Positions 17,408 to 26,108 of a DNA stretch of 32,000 nucleotides are shown one piece after another. Every line of letters begins with the position of its first letter. The first letter of the stretch is position 1. Made by a program: the position numbers and the translations under genes. The DNA is taken from positions 2,340,001-2,372,000 of the forward strand of contig NC_007969.1 in NCBI RefSeq assembly GCF_000013905.1, read 5' to 3'. The notes under the pieces are model-generated. The model was not told the DNA's origin and did no database searches. It saw nothing but the letters and a program-made list of their open reading frames with translations. The DNA comes from Psychrobacter cryohalolentis K5 (GTDB lineage Bacteria; Pseudomonadota; Gammaproteobacteria; Pseudomonadales; Moraxellaceae).

Positions 17408-18475
17408 ATGTTTTTACCTTCTGCCTCGTCTGGTCAAACGACTGATGCTACTATTGATAGTGCTAAGAGTGCTACCGCCAACCTGAACCCATTAGCAAAA
17501 TTCTGGGCAAAGCTAGGGTTAGCTATCAGTCAACAGCCTAAATCTGTTGCGGCTCTTGTTTTATTAATCTCCGCCATTTTATTTTTAACCGTCAATGTCC
17601 ATGGGCATTGGGATTTTGCCCTGCCACTACGGGGTAAAAAACTATTGGCGCTGATGGTGGTCGGCTATGCAATTGGCGTCTCTACTCTGCTTTTCCAGAC
17701 TTTAACCCATAACCCTATCCTCACGCCCTCATTATTGGGCTTTGACTCACTTTATGTGCTATTGCAAAGTCTATTGGTATTTTTCTTAGGGGCGATTAGC
17801 TTCACCAGTCTTCATCCGATGGCCAAATTTTCGCTTGAGATTGTATTGATGTTTGGCGCGTCGTTATTACTGTTTAAATTACTGTTTTCCAAAAGCAGTC
17901 AGGATTTAACGCGGCTGATATTGGTAGGGGTTATTTTTGGAGTCTTGTTTCGCAGCTTATCAGCCCTGATTGCGCGACTGATTAATCCAGATGATTTTGT
18001 GGTGGTGCAATCGGCAAGTTACGCGCAGTTTAATACGGTCAATCCGCAGCTATTAGTCATCAGTCTATTTATTTGTGTCGTAAGTGCGCTATTTATTTGG
18101 CGCTGGCGGTATCAATGTGATGTGCTGATGTTGGGTAAAGCGCAGGCAACTAATCTCGGTATTAACTATCAACGTTTGGCATTTGGGCTATTAACCGTCA
18201 TCGCGGTATTGGTCGCTACAGCTACGGCGTTGGTCGGTCCAGTGACCTTTTTTGGCTTATTGGTCTGCGCTCTAACCAATCGACTGGCGCGCCATATGTA
18301 TCATAGCGAACGGCTCATTTTAGTGAGTTTAGTAGCGATGATTTGCTTGGTAATTGGTCAAACGCTCTTTGAACAAGTGCTCGGTATGGCAGGCGTATTA
18401 TCAGTCGTTATTGAGCTGGCAGGCGGCTTGGTATTTCTAGCATTGATATTTATGAGCCAGCGGCGCTCGAACTAA
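17408..18475 (+). CDS. Siderophore ABC transporter permease (FecCD family, FatC/YclO-like)
   Basis: This is the second polytopic permease of the operon. It has LGKAQATNLGINYQRL and VGPVTFFGLLV blocks. Confidence 0.85.
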   Translation: MFLPSASSGQTTDATIDSAKSATANLNPLAKFWAKLGLAISQQPKSVAALVLLISAILFLTVNVHGHWDFALPLRGKKLLALMVVGYAIGVSTLLFQTLTHNPILTPSLLGFDSLYVLLQSLLVFFLGAISFTSLHPMAKFSLEIVLMFGASLLLFKLLFSKSSQDLTRLILVGVIFGVLFRSLSALIARLINPDDFVVVQSASYAQFNTVNPQLLVISLFICVVSALFIWRWRYQCDVLMLGKAQATNLGINYQRLAFGLLTVIAVLVATATALVGPVTFFGLLVCALTNRLARHMYHSERLILVSLVAMICLVIGQTLFEQVLGMAGVLSVVIELAGGLVFLALIFMSQRRSN

Positions 18476-18519
18476 AAACTCTAATCACTTATTAAACATT
18501 CAGCTAAAAAAGAAGCATT

Positions 18520-19290
18520 ATGATAAAAATAACGGGTGTATCGCATCATATTGGCAAGCAGCAGATTTTGCATGATATCAACTTATTATTGCCACCGTCA
18601 CAAGTCATCGCTTTAATTGGTCCCAATGGTGCCGGTAAATCGACGTTATTTTCGGTGATGGCGCGGTTGCAATCCTTGCAAAGCGGACAGGTTAGCTTTG
18701 CTGTAGATAATGAGGAACGTGATATTGTTCAATGCGATGCGCGTACCCTTGCGACAACGGTAGCAATGCTCAGTCAAGACAATCAAGTACAAGGGCGGCT
18801 GCGGGTACATGAATTACTGATGTTTGGGCGCTATCCGTATCATCAAGGACGACCTACGGCAAGCGATCAGAAACAAGTGGCTGAGATTATCGAACGCTTT
18901 GAGCTAGAGCCATTAGCTGAGCGTTTTTTATCTGCCTTATCGGGTGGACAGCGGCAACGGGTGCTGATTGCGATGATTGTTTGCCAAGATACACCGTATT
19001 TATTGCTTGATGAGCCGCTAAATAATCTCGATATGTATCATTCCGGACGCTTGATGCGTGAGCTGCGTGAGTTAAGTCATAGCCAGCAAAAAACCGTGGT
19101 CATTGTCCTTCATGACATCAATCAAGCCGCCCAGTTCGCTGATACGGTGGTGACCATGAAGGACGGTCAAGTACAAGCTATTGGATGTCCGGTCGATGTC
19201 ATTACCCAACAAACCATGAAAGATCTCTATAACGTTGATGTGACGGTACTTAATCATCAAGGTCGTCCGGTAATCGTGGATGCGGCTTAA
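18520..19290 (+). CDS. Siderophore ABC transporter ATP-binding protein (FatE/YclP-like)
   Basis: Walker A is GPNGAGKST, the ABC signature is LSGGQRQR, Walker B is LLLDEP, and the H-loop is VLHDINQA. Confidence 0.92.
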   Translation: MIKITGVSHHIGKQQILHDINLLLPPSQVIALIGPNGAGKSTLFSVMARLQSLQSGQVSFAVDNEERDIVQCDARTLATTVAMLSQDNQVQGRLRVHELLMFGRYPYHQGRPTASDQKQVAEIIERFELEPLAERFLSALSGGQRQRVLIAMIVCQDTPYLLLDEPLNNLDMYHSGRLMRELRELSHSQQKTVVIVLHDINQAAQFADTVVTMKDGQVQAIGCPVDVITQQTMKDLYNVDVTVLNHQGRPVIVDAA

Positions 19291-19330
19291 AATCGTACTT
19301 GTAAACGGCTTTGTCACTTTGACACCAATT

Positions 19331-20611
19331 TTATCTCAGCTTTCGCAAAGATTTTAAGCGTTGCTGTCGACCTTTCCACCACAAATATACCCCAGTACCA
19401 GACAAGACAGCAACGGCTAGTCCAATCAATGCCAAGAATATTTGATATGCTAAATGACCGACACCATGACTGATATGTCCCATATGTAAGGTGGATAGCC
19501 ATTGGTCAGCTTTATGACCAAATGAGGCGTTTTGATAAGCAAAATTTATTTTCTCAACGCTACCATCTCTTGCATTGACTGTAATTGAAGACGCGCCACT
19601 TTTCTTGCCGATGTCTTGATTGGTTTTAAAGCGCATCTGCCACTGCTTATCTTCCTCAACCCAGCGAATACCCAATAATTGCTGCACGGTCAGTCCGTTT
19701 TCTTGCGCGGCAATATTCGCTTGCTTGCTTAAATAATTGACACTATTGGCTTTATTAACAACATTAATGGTGATCATTTCAGTGCTAACTGGCGCGCTAG
19801 ATTTATCTGTTTTATTTGATTTGCCTTTGTTGCCGTCAAGACCGACCACCGCTTGCATCACTGGCTTATAGATCTGCTGCAAATTAAACCCCACACTTGA
19901 CCATGCAATCACAAACAGCATCAGCCACAACCATAAACCAAACGCATGATGCGCATCATAATTAAGCTTAAAGGTATTGGTTTTGGTGCGGATTTTCCAC
20001 GCAGGCAGCCAGCGTTTTAATAAAGACGCCCGTTTTTTAGCAGGATATTGGGGCGGTACCTGATTCTTTTTAACCGCTCTTGGAAAGGTCAAATAAAATC
20101 CAATAAAACAATTAATCGTCCAAACAAGCGCAATAATACCCAGTACCAGCTTGCCGATATCACCAAGCAATAACTCACGATGCAGCCAGAACACCTTCCA
20201 CATGGTATTGCGCCATGCCCACTCGTCTTTATCACGTGCCCCAATGATATCCGCAGTATAGGGATTGATATAAACCTCTTGAAATAAAGGCGCAGGTTCT
20301 ACCTTTACATCGCCTTTATATTTATCAACCGCAAAGACGACGGCGCGGTTAGGCTCGATTGCTACTGGCATGGTCGAAAAACTGTATTCTGGATAGTGGC
20401 TAATCACCTTGTCATGCAAGGTGGCGATAGACAATGGCGGTGTCTGCGCTTTCTCAACAACCGCCAAACGCTGATTAAATACCGCGTCCAGCTCATCGTG
20501 AAATGCCAATAGTGCGCCCGTTATACCAGCCATGAGTAAAAAAGCGGCCATCACAAGTCCAGTATAACGGTGAATCCATAGGCAAGTTTGGCGTGGGTTA
20601 AATGAAATCAT
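19331..20611 (-). CDS. PepSY-associated TM-helix protein (PiuB/FoxB-like, putative periplasmic ferric-siderophore reductase)
   Basis: The 426-aa ORF starts with IHRYTGLVMAAFLLMAGITGALLAF and has FWLHRELLLG, a C-terminal HMGHISHGVGH and a terminal TM helix. This is the typical PepSY_TM architecture. It lies directly downstream of a TonB-dependent receptor. Confidence 0.8.
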   Translation of the reverse strand: MISFNPRQTCLWIHRYTGLVMAAFLLMAGITGALLAFHDELDAVFNQRLAVVEKAQTPPLSIATLHDKVISHYPEYSFSTMPVAIEPNRAVVFAVDKYKGDVKVEPAPLFQEVYINPYTADIIGARDKDEWAWRNTMWKVFWLHRELLLGDIGKLVLGIIALVWTINCFIGFYLTFPRAVKKNQVPPQYPAKKRASLLKRWLPAWKIRTKTNTFKLNYDAHHAFGLWLWLMLFVIAWSSVGFNLQQIYKPVMQAVVGLDGNKGKSNKTDKSSAPVSTEMITINVVNKANSVNYLSKQANIAAQENGLTVQQLLGIRWVEEDKQWQMRFKTNQDIGKKSGASSITVNARDGSVEKINFAYQNASFGHKADQWLSTLHMGHISHGVGHLAYQIFLALIGLAVAVLSGTGVYLWWKGRQQRLKSLRKLR

Positions 20612-20724
20612 TGATTATTATTCTTTGTTAATTTTAGCGTTAGAATTGCACTAAATGCTGATGTGTTAAAGACGCATAAAACGATTTAAAAAAGACATAT
20701 GGTTTAAAAAAGAGGTTTCGACAT

Positions 20725-20762
20725 AAAAAAGCCAGCTCTTATACAAAGCAGCTGGCTTTTTT
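20725..20762. terminator. Bidirectional intrinsic terminator after the TonB-dependent receptor gene
   Basis: AAAAAAGCCAGCT-(12 nt)-AGCTGGCTTTTTT forms a 7-bp GC-rich stem flanked by an A-run and a T-run. It is 34 nt past the receptor stop. Confidence 0.75.
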
Positions 20763-20795
20763 AACACTCATTTTTTACGCATGATCAGTATAAAT

Positions 20796-22889
20796 TTAGA
20801 ACTGATAGGTTAAAGATGCTTTGATATTGCGACCGGGTTCAAAGTCGGTGCGCAAACCATCTGCTTGTTCTGTAAGCGAACGTGACGCATGGCTGGCATA
20901 GGTTTCATCAAAGATATTATAAACCCCAACAGTCGCTTTTAAACCATCGACTTGTTTTGGCATATAGCTCATAAAAATATCATGCACATCATAGTTAGAC
21001 TTTTCAAGCTGGGCAGATTCAGTTTTGGGCGTGATGGCAGCCACATAGGTACTGCGCCAGCCCAGCTCGGTGGTGTCTGTTGGTACGTAGGCCAAGTTCA
21101 CCATATATTTATCGCCAGAGTCGGCACTGCCACCCGTTACTGATGGGATGCTATAGCCCGTTTTATCACCTTTGCTACGTGCATGGGCATAGCTTAGACC
21201 CATGCTAAAACTATCCATTTTATAGTCAGCAGCGAGCTCAACACCCTTAATTTTATAATCTTCATCTTTATTGACCGCGCCTTGGCAAGCGCCACCAAGT
21301 TGTCCAGTGGTACAGTCTAAGCCAACGCGAGTACCACCAGAACGGACAAATTCAATAAAGTTTTCGATATCAGTTTCAAAATATTTTCCGCTAAGTTGTA
21401 ACGCATCACCCGCTACCGTTAGGTCACGCAATGTTTTAACGATACCAATCTCAGCATTTGATCCTTCTTCTGCTTTTAAGTCTTTATTGACGTAGGTTTT
21501 GTCGCCATCTGAGTTAAAAATCGCTTGGCTCAAATCAGGACCGTTAAATAACTGCGTATAACTGGCAAACACTTGCGTTAACGGTGCAATCTCATAGCTT
21601 GCTGCAAGCGCACCAACGACATTGTCATAAGTTTTGCCACCAGCAACAAATTCAGGCGACTCATAACGGTCGTAGCGTATGCCCGGCGTTAAGGTTAATT
21701 TGCCATTTTTCCACTGATCTTCTAGATAAATAGAGGTATTCTTGGCTTCATCGGTGCCCTTTTTAACGAAGTCACGCTCTAGCTCAGATTCTTTTTTATA
21801 GTGCTCAACACCGGCGATTAGTTTATGGCTGCCGACATTGGTATCAATAACACTGGTATTTTGAATTTTTGCGCCCGTGGTTTTTACGCCCGCTTCCCAG
21901 TTATAACCTGGCTTTGTCGTATAGTCCGTATCGCGTGAAATCTGCGTTTCGGTTTGATAAACATTGGTATCGACATTGACCAAGTTACTGGCAGGATTGT
22001 AGCTATAGTCCAGCCCATAAGTATCACGCTTAACCTTTTGCGGTAGAATTTCATTCCAACTGCCAACGCCTGGGCTTGCTGGGAAATCTGGGCGTAATGG
22101 GAACATGCCTTCGTTTTCGGTACGGCTAAAGCTAGCCCCTACGTGATGGTCATTGGCAATATACGCGCCCGCCTTTAATAAAATATTCTCGCCTTTGCTA
22201 TCTTCCGTTTGGATCTTACGACCTTCGCCATCTTCACCAGCATTGGCATTACGCTGACCATAATAAGCCAGTAAGTCTATATTATCCGTTGGGGCAGCAA
22301 ACACAGTCGCTGAGGTGAGCAATTCATCATTATTACTAGCATAACCTGCGTGCAGTTTGGCACCGATTTTTTGTCCCGGTTTTAGTAGATCTGCGGCATC
22401 AACAGTTTTAAAAGCAACTGCGCCACCTAGCGCATCGTTACCTAGTGTCACTGAGTTATTACCGACCGATACTTCCGCTTGTTTTAGCAAATCAGGGTCA
22501 ATGGTCACATCGCCCATATGATAAAACAGCGTGCCTTCTTGGCGAGCGCCATCAATGGTCACTTTCAAATTGGTATCATCGAGTCCACGTACGCGTATAC
22601 GCTGATTGACCGCTGACGTACCGCCTACCGTAACACCGGGTACGACATTTAAAAAATCACTTAAGTGGCTTGCCTGCGCAGCTGGGGTATAGCCTTCAAC
22701 ATCAACACCGCCCTCTTGCACGCTTTCACGTACTGAGCTGTTTGCCGTCACTGTGATGGTCTGTAAGGTAGTGCTCGGCATATCTGCTGAGGTCGTAGCA
22801 CTCGCCGCTTGTGCCCCCAATACTGCTGCTACGCCCATAGACAATACGGTCAATCGACTAGAAAATCTTGATAATTTTACTTCGCGCAT
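20796..22889 (-). CDS. TonB-dependent outer-membrane receptor (siderophore-type, no N-terminal signalling extension)
   Basis: The signal peptide ends ...AQAASA. A TonB-box-like LQTITVTA follows, and the plug block is RIRVRGLDDTNLKVTIDGARQ. The C-terminal beta-strand ends in ...KASLTYQF with a terminal Phe. Fur boxes lie upstream. Confidence 0.92.
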   Translation of the reverse strand: MREVKLSRFSSRLTVLSMGVAAVLGAQAASATTSADMPSTTLQTITVTANSSVRESVQEGGVDVEGYTPAAQASHLSDFLNVVPGVTVGGTSAVNQRIRVRGLDDTNLKVTIDGARQEGTLFYHMGDVTIDPDLLKQAEVSVGNNSVTLGNDALGGAVAFKTVDAADLLKPGQKIGAKLHAGYASNNDELLTSATVFAAPTDNIDLLAYYGQRNANAGEDGEGRKIQTEDSKGENILLKAGAYIANDHHVGASFSRTENEGMFPLRPDFPASPGVGSWNEILPQKVKRDTYGLDYSYNPASNLVNVDTNVYQTETQISRDTDYTTKPGYNWEAGVKTTGAKIQNTSVIDTNVGSHKLIAGVEHYKKESELERDFVKKGTDEAKNTSIYLEDQWKNGKLTLTPGIRYDRYESPEFVAGGKTYDNVVGALAASYEIAPLTQVFASYTQLFNGPDLSQAIFNSDGDKTYVNKDLKAEEGSNAEIGIVKTLRDLTVAGDALQLSGKYFETDIENFIEFVRSGGTRVGLDCTTGQLGGACQGAVNKDEDYKIKGVELAADYKMDSFSMGLSYAHARSKGDKTGYSIPSVTGGSADSGDKYMVNLAYVPTDTTELGWRSTYVAAITPKTESAQLEKSNYDVHDIFMSYMPKQVDGLKATVGVYNIFDETYASHASRSLTEQADGLRTDFEPGRNIKASLTYQF

Positions 22890-23030
22890 AACATACTCAC
22901 TTTATCTAGTATAAGAATTTTAAAACTCGTTTAGGAAATCAATAATCAGTAATTTTTGCCCAAAATTACTTTCTAAAAAGCTTGATGCTTTAATAATTAT
23001 TAAGTTTCATATAAGAATGACATTATTAAT

Positions 23031-23049
23031 GTTAATGATAATGATTAGC
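23031..23049. promoter_or_regulatory. Fur box upstream of the TonB-dependent receptor
   Basis: GTTAATGATAATGATTAGC matches the Fur consensus at 16/19. A second Fur-like stretch, GAATGACATTATTAAT, sits immediately adjacent at 23015-23030. On the minus strand the box overlaps a plausible -10 (TATCAT), 18 nt after TGTCAA. Confidence 0.75.
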
Positions 23050-23300
23050 GTTTAAATATTGACAGGCATAATAACGAAGTATTAACAATTTGGCAATATT
23101 TAAACTGAAAAATTTTCTTTTAATATCTTTGTACGCTTGTATCAGCACCTGCACATCTGATGAATACCTTTAGTCTATTGCTGTCTAGATAAGTTCCACC
23201 TATATGCGGAGGCGATTATCAGCGACAGAGTGATTATTTATAAACGCTGAATATCAAAAAAAAGTATTGCAATATACTGCCAATTACATATACCCTAAGA

Positions 23301-23323
23301 TAGTTGACTATTTAGTCAGGTTT
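23301..23323. promoter_or_regulatory. RutR-type operator upstream of the xanthine permease
   Basis: The sequence is TAGTTGACTATTTAGTCAGGTTT. Its core TGACTA-TT-TAGTCA (23305-23318) is a perfect inverted repeat. It is 22/23 identical to 25898-25920 and resembles the E. coli RutR box TTGACCAnnTGGTCAA. TTGACT could also serve as a -35 element. Confidence 0.7.
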
Positions 23324-23538
23324 GTACATACGACTATCGGTCAGACTGAGAAAGACTGGTTATTTGCTTACATGTATTTGCATAAGGATCATGCGACTCT
23401 GTGTTTGATACTGTGTAAACAGCTAGCTGCGATAAGGATTTATAGAGACCCTCATATGTCTCCTATTTATCAACGTAACGCTGTCTCTAAATATCTTTAC
23501 AGAGCTTGGACTAAAAGTCACTTTAGGAGAAAGCCAAA

Positions 23539-24945
23539 ATGAGTGAGCATACTCAAGGAAATCCCGATTTATTGTACGGACTGCACGACCGTCCTGCGCC
23601 TGCAAAAGCATTCTTAGGTGCGGTACAGCATGTACTCGCCGCTTTCGTTGGTGTTATTACGCCCTCATTGATTATTGGCGGTGCTTTGGGTCTAGGTGAG
23701 CATATTCCCTACCTGATCAGTATGGCGCTAATGGTATCTGGGGTTTCAACCTTTATTCAAACCCGTAAATTTGGTCCTGTCGGTTCAGGGCTAATGGCTC
23801 TGCAAGGCACCAGCTTTGGTTTTTTAGCGGCAGTGTTAGCAGCAGGTTTTGTAGTAAAAAACCGAGGTGGTAGTCCTGAGGAGATTCTCTCTGTAATCTT
23901 TGGCGTGACATTCTTAGGCGCCTTTGTCGAGATATTCTTGAGTCAGTTTATTACTAAACTTAAATCCTTGATGAGCCCTATCGTCACCGGCTGTGTCATT
24001 GTCACTATTGGTTTGTCCCTAACCAAAGTTGGTCTAACCGATCTAGCAGGCGGTGTTGGCGCAGAGAATTTTGGTAGCATGGAGAATTTGCTACTGGGCG
24101 GCGGGGTATTAATCAGTGTCGTGCTTATTAGTATCGTACCTAACAAAGTTATTCGCTCAAGCGCTATTTTTATTGGTCTGATGTTAGGCTTGCTGGTAGC
24201 AGCATTTATGGGTCGTATTGACTTCTCATTAGTCTCACAAGCCCCGCTACTGACTGTACCTGTGCCTTTCAAGTTTGGCTTTAGTTTTGATTGGCAAGCG
24301 TTTATACCGATTGCTTTTATGTATATCATTACCAGTATCGAGACTGCTGGTGATTTGACCGCAACGTCGATGATCTCAGGTGAGCCTATCAAAGGTCCAC
24401 TATATGAGAAACGTATCAAAGGTGGGGTACTAGCTGACGGTGTCAACTCTGCCATTGCTGGTATCTTTAACAGCTTCCCAGTCACTACTTTTAGCCAGAA
24501 TAATGGCGTTATTCAGATGACGGGTATCGCTAGTCGCTATGTGGGCTTCTATGTCGGCGGTATCTTATTTTTTATGGGTTTATTCCCTATCCTAGGTGCT
24601 ATCTTCACTCAGCTACCAAAACCAGTAGTTGGTGGTGTGACACTGCTAATGTTTGCAACCGTAGCGACTGCTGGTATTCGCATACTTTCAACCGTAAACT
24701 TTACCCATCGTAATATCTTAATCATAGCCACCTCTCTAGGTTTGGCGATGGGTGTTGCCTTTGTACCTGATGTATTTGCACAAATGCCGCAGATGTTCCG
24801 TAATATCTTTGGTTCAGCAGTGACCGTATCGGGTATTATCGCGATTACGCTTGATATGATTTTACCAAAAAGTTTTGGCGCAGAGTTTGATACGGCTGAC
24901 CAGCATGCTGAGGATGACGTGAAGCCTGCTCGTGAAGCCGCTTAA
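23539..24945 (+). CDS. xanP: NCS2-family nucleobase:cation symporter, XanP-like xanthine (or urate) permease
   Basis: LLYGLHDRPAPAKAFLGAVQHVLAAFVGVITPSLIIGGALGL, FGPVGSGLMALQGTSFGF, ITSIETAGDLTATS and FSQNNGVIQMTGIASRYVG align closely with E. coli XanP (YicE) as I recall it. The RBS AGGAGA lies 9 nt upstream. Confidence 0.88.
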   Translation: MSEHTQGNPDLLYGLHDRPAPAKAFLGAVQHVLAAFVGVITPSLIIGGALGLGEHIPYLISMALMVSGVSTFIQTRKFGPVGSGLMALQGTSFGFLAAVLAAGFVVKNRGGSPEEILSVIFGVTFLGAFVEIFLSQFITKLKSLMSPIVTGCVIVTIGLSLTKVGLTDLAGGVGAENFGSMENLLLGGGVLISVVLISIVPNKVIRSSAIFIGLMLGLLVAAFMGRIDFSLVSQAPLLTVPVPFKFGFSFDWQAFIPIAFMYIITSIETAGDLTATSMISGEPIKGPLYEKRIKGGVLADGVNSAIAGIFNSFPVTTFSQNNGVIQMTGIASRYVGFYVGGILFFMGLFPILGAIFTQLPKPVVGGVTLLMFATVATAGIRILSTVNFTHRNILIIATSLGLAMGVAFVPDVFAQMPQMFRNIFGSAVTVSGIIAITLDMILPKSFGAEFDTADQHAEDDVKPAREAA

Positions 24946-25005
24946 AAGTGAAGGGTTAGATGATTTTCTAAGACAATGTAAAAGACTTTGATGAGTGACA
25001 AAAGA

Positions 25006-25064
25006 AAAGGATTGCCTTAATGATAAAGCGCTAATTAGCAGCGATATCGTTAAAGCAATCCTTT
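25006..25064 (-). terminator. Long imperfect hairpin between convergent xanP and the regulator gene; probable terminator for the regulator gene
   Basis: The outer stem AAAGGATTGC (25006-25015) pairs perfectly over 10 bp with GCAATCCTTT (25055-25064). Further pairing extends inward, and the palindrome GCTAATTAGC sits at the apex. On the minus strand it is followed by UUUCUUUUG. Confidence 0.5.
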
Positions 25065-25107
25065 ATGCGTCAAGCCATTCATTAATAGCAGTTGTTCCAA
25101 TCTACCC

Positions 25108-25785
25108 CTACTCGAGTCCGCAACCTCGTAGTATAAAAGGTATTAAGAAGTCAGCAGCGCGTGCCTCGTCTGTCTCATCATACGCGCTCTTTTGCATTAA
25201 GCCGACGATTTCTGTTTCAAACTCTGCATAGCGCTGCGTGGTTGCCCAAATCAAAATCAATAGCTGTAAAGGGTCAGCAATGGCAATTTTGCCTTGCTCA
25301 TGCCATATCTTCATGACTTGTGTCTTATCCAGTGCCCAATCTTTCATCGCAGTCGACATAAAATCATGTAAATGCGGGGCACCGCCGATGACCTCTAACG
25401 CAAATAGCTTATGGCGATTTGGGTTTGCAAATGCTTGATGCAATTTGGTGCGGACGAACTTTTCGATAACGGTTCTTGGATCGCTGTCTACCGTCATCGT
25501 CACCAAGCCATCATTCCACTCTTGAATGATGGCACGCAAAACTACTTTGTACAGATTGGTCTTACTTTTAAAATAGTAATGCACATTGGCTTTTGGCAGC
25601 CCTGCTCGATCAGCGATACCTTGCATGGTGGCACCGCGATAGCTTTTCAGCACAAACTCTTCTTCAGCGGCAGTCAAAATCACCGCTTGGTTTTGGGCAC
25701 GAATATCATGCTGATTGCGATGAACCACGCTCTCAGAGGCGGATGAAGCTTTTGCTTTAGAAATTTGAGTCATAGGTTGCACCAT
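25108..25785 (-). CDS. rutR: TetR-family transcriptional regulator, RutR (YcdC) homologue
   Basis: The HTH region is GATMQGIADRAGLPKANVHYYFKSKTNLYKVVLRAIIQEW, against E. coli RutR ...GVSKTNLLYYFPSKEALYIAVLRQILDIW. The C-terminal block GKIAIADPLQLLILIWATTQRYAEFETEI compares with GKLAPIDPQHLIFMIWASTQHYADFAPQV. The start may be M1 or M5. Confidence 0.85.
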   Translation of the reverse strand: MVQPMTQISKAKASSASESVVHRNQHDIRAQNQAVILTAAEEEFVLKSYRGATMQGIADRAGLPKANVHYYFKSKTNLYKVVLRAIIQEWNDGLVTMTVDSDPRTVIEKFVRTKLHQAFANPNRHKLFALEVIGGAPHLHDFMSTAMKDWALDKTQVMKIWHEQGKIAIADPLQLLILIWATTQRYAEFETEIVGLMQKSAYDETDEARAADFLIPFILRGCGLE

Positions 25786-25897
25786 TAGACATTTATATCA
25801 GTAAGTACCATATTCTAGCGTGACTTTAAGATAAACTGTAAATAAACACACCGATTATTAGCATATCTAGTAAAAAATAAAAATATTTTGCATAAAG

Positions 25898-25929
25898 TAG
25901 TTGACCATTTAGTCAGGTTTAAGCAGAAT
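25898..25929. promoter_or_regulatory. RutR-type operator overlapping a sigma70-like promoter for uraD, in the divergent rutR/uraD region
   Basis: TAGTTGACCATTTAGTCAGGTTT spans 25898-25920. TTGACC (25901-25906), a 17-nt spacer, then CAGAAT (25924-29) gives a good -35/-10 pair. The inverted repeat TGACCA-TT-TAGTCA covers the -35 element and spacer. Confidence 0.7.
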
Positions 25930-26108
25930 GGATATATATTAACCAATTATGACTCAATCGATACTACTTTCACCTGAGTTTTCCCTGAGTTAAGTAATCA
26001 ACAGACTAATATCAGCACACGATACTGTCTGTACCTTATAAATTCATATCACTCAAATGATAAATGTGTATCCGTCAACACTTTGTGTCAACAGATAAGG
26101 ATATCACT

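Noticed and set aside
22948-22970. Perfect 9-bp hairpin AGTAATTTT-TGCCC-AAAATTACT in the receptor 5' leader
   Set aside because: The stem is almost all A-U with a single G-C pair, so it is thermodynamically weak, and it has no obvious functional context. I note it only as a possible leader structure.
23050-23300. Possible Fur-regulated sRNA transcribed rightwards from the Fur box (a perfect TTGACA lies at 23059-23064)
   Set aside because: That TTGACA is the reverse complement of the receptor's own minus-strand -35-like TGTCAA. No good plus-strand -10 follows at proper spacing, and there is no convincing terminator hairpin with a U-tract before 23300.
23267-23542. 91-aa ORF (TTG start) in the receptor/xanP intergenic region
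   Set aside because: It has a non-ATG start without an RBS and an odd Tyr/His/Lys-rich composition. It spans the operator and leader region, so it is most likely non-coding. Only its last 28 codons are mentioned, as a speculative uORF.
24995-25231. 78-aa plus-strand ORF
   Set aside because: It overlaps the terminator hairpin and the 3' end of the RutR-like gene on the opposite strand. It has no RBS and is a shadow ORF.
26072-26095. Direct repeat GTCAACA...GTCAACA just upstream of uraD as extra RutR half-sites
   Set aside because: The two copies are direct rather than inverted. They lie inside the possible alternative 5' coding extension and have no partner half-site at the 6-2-6 spacing.
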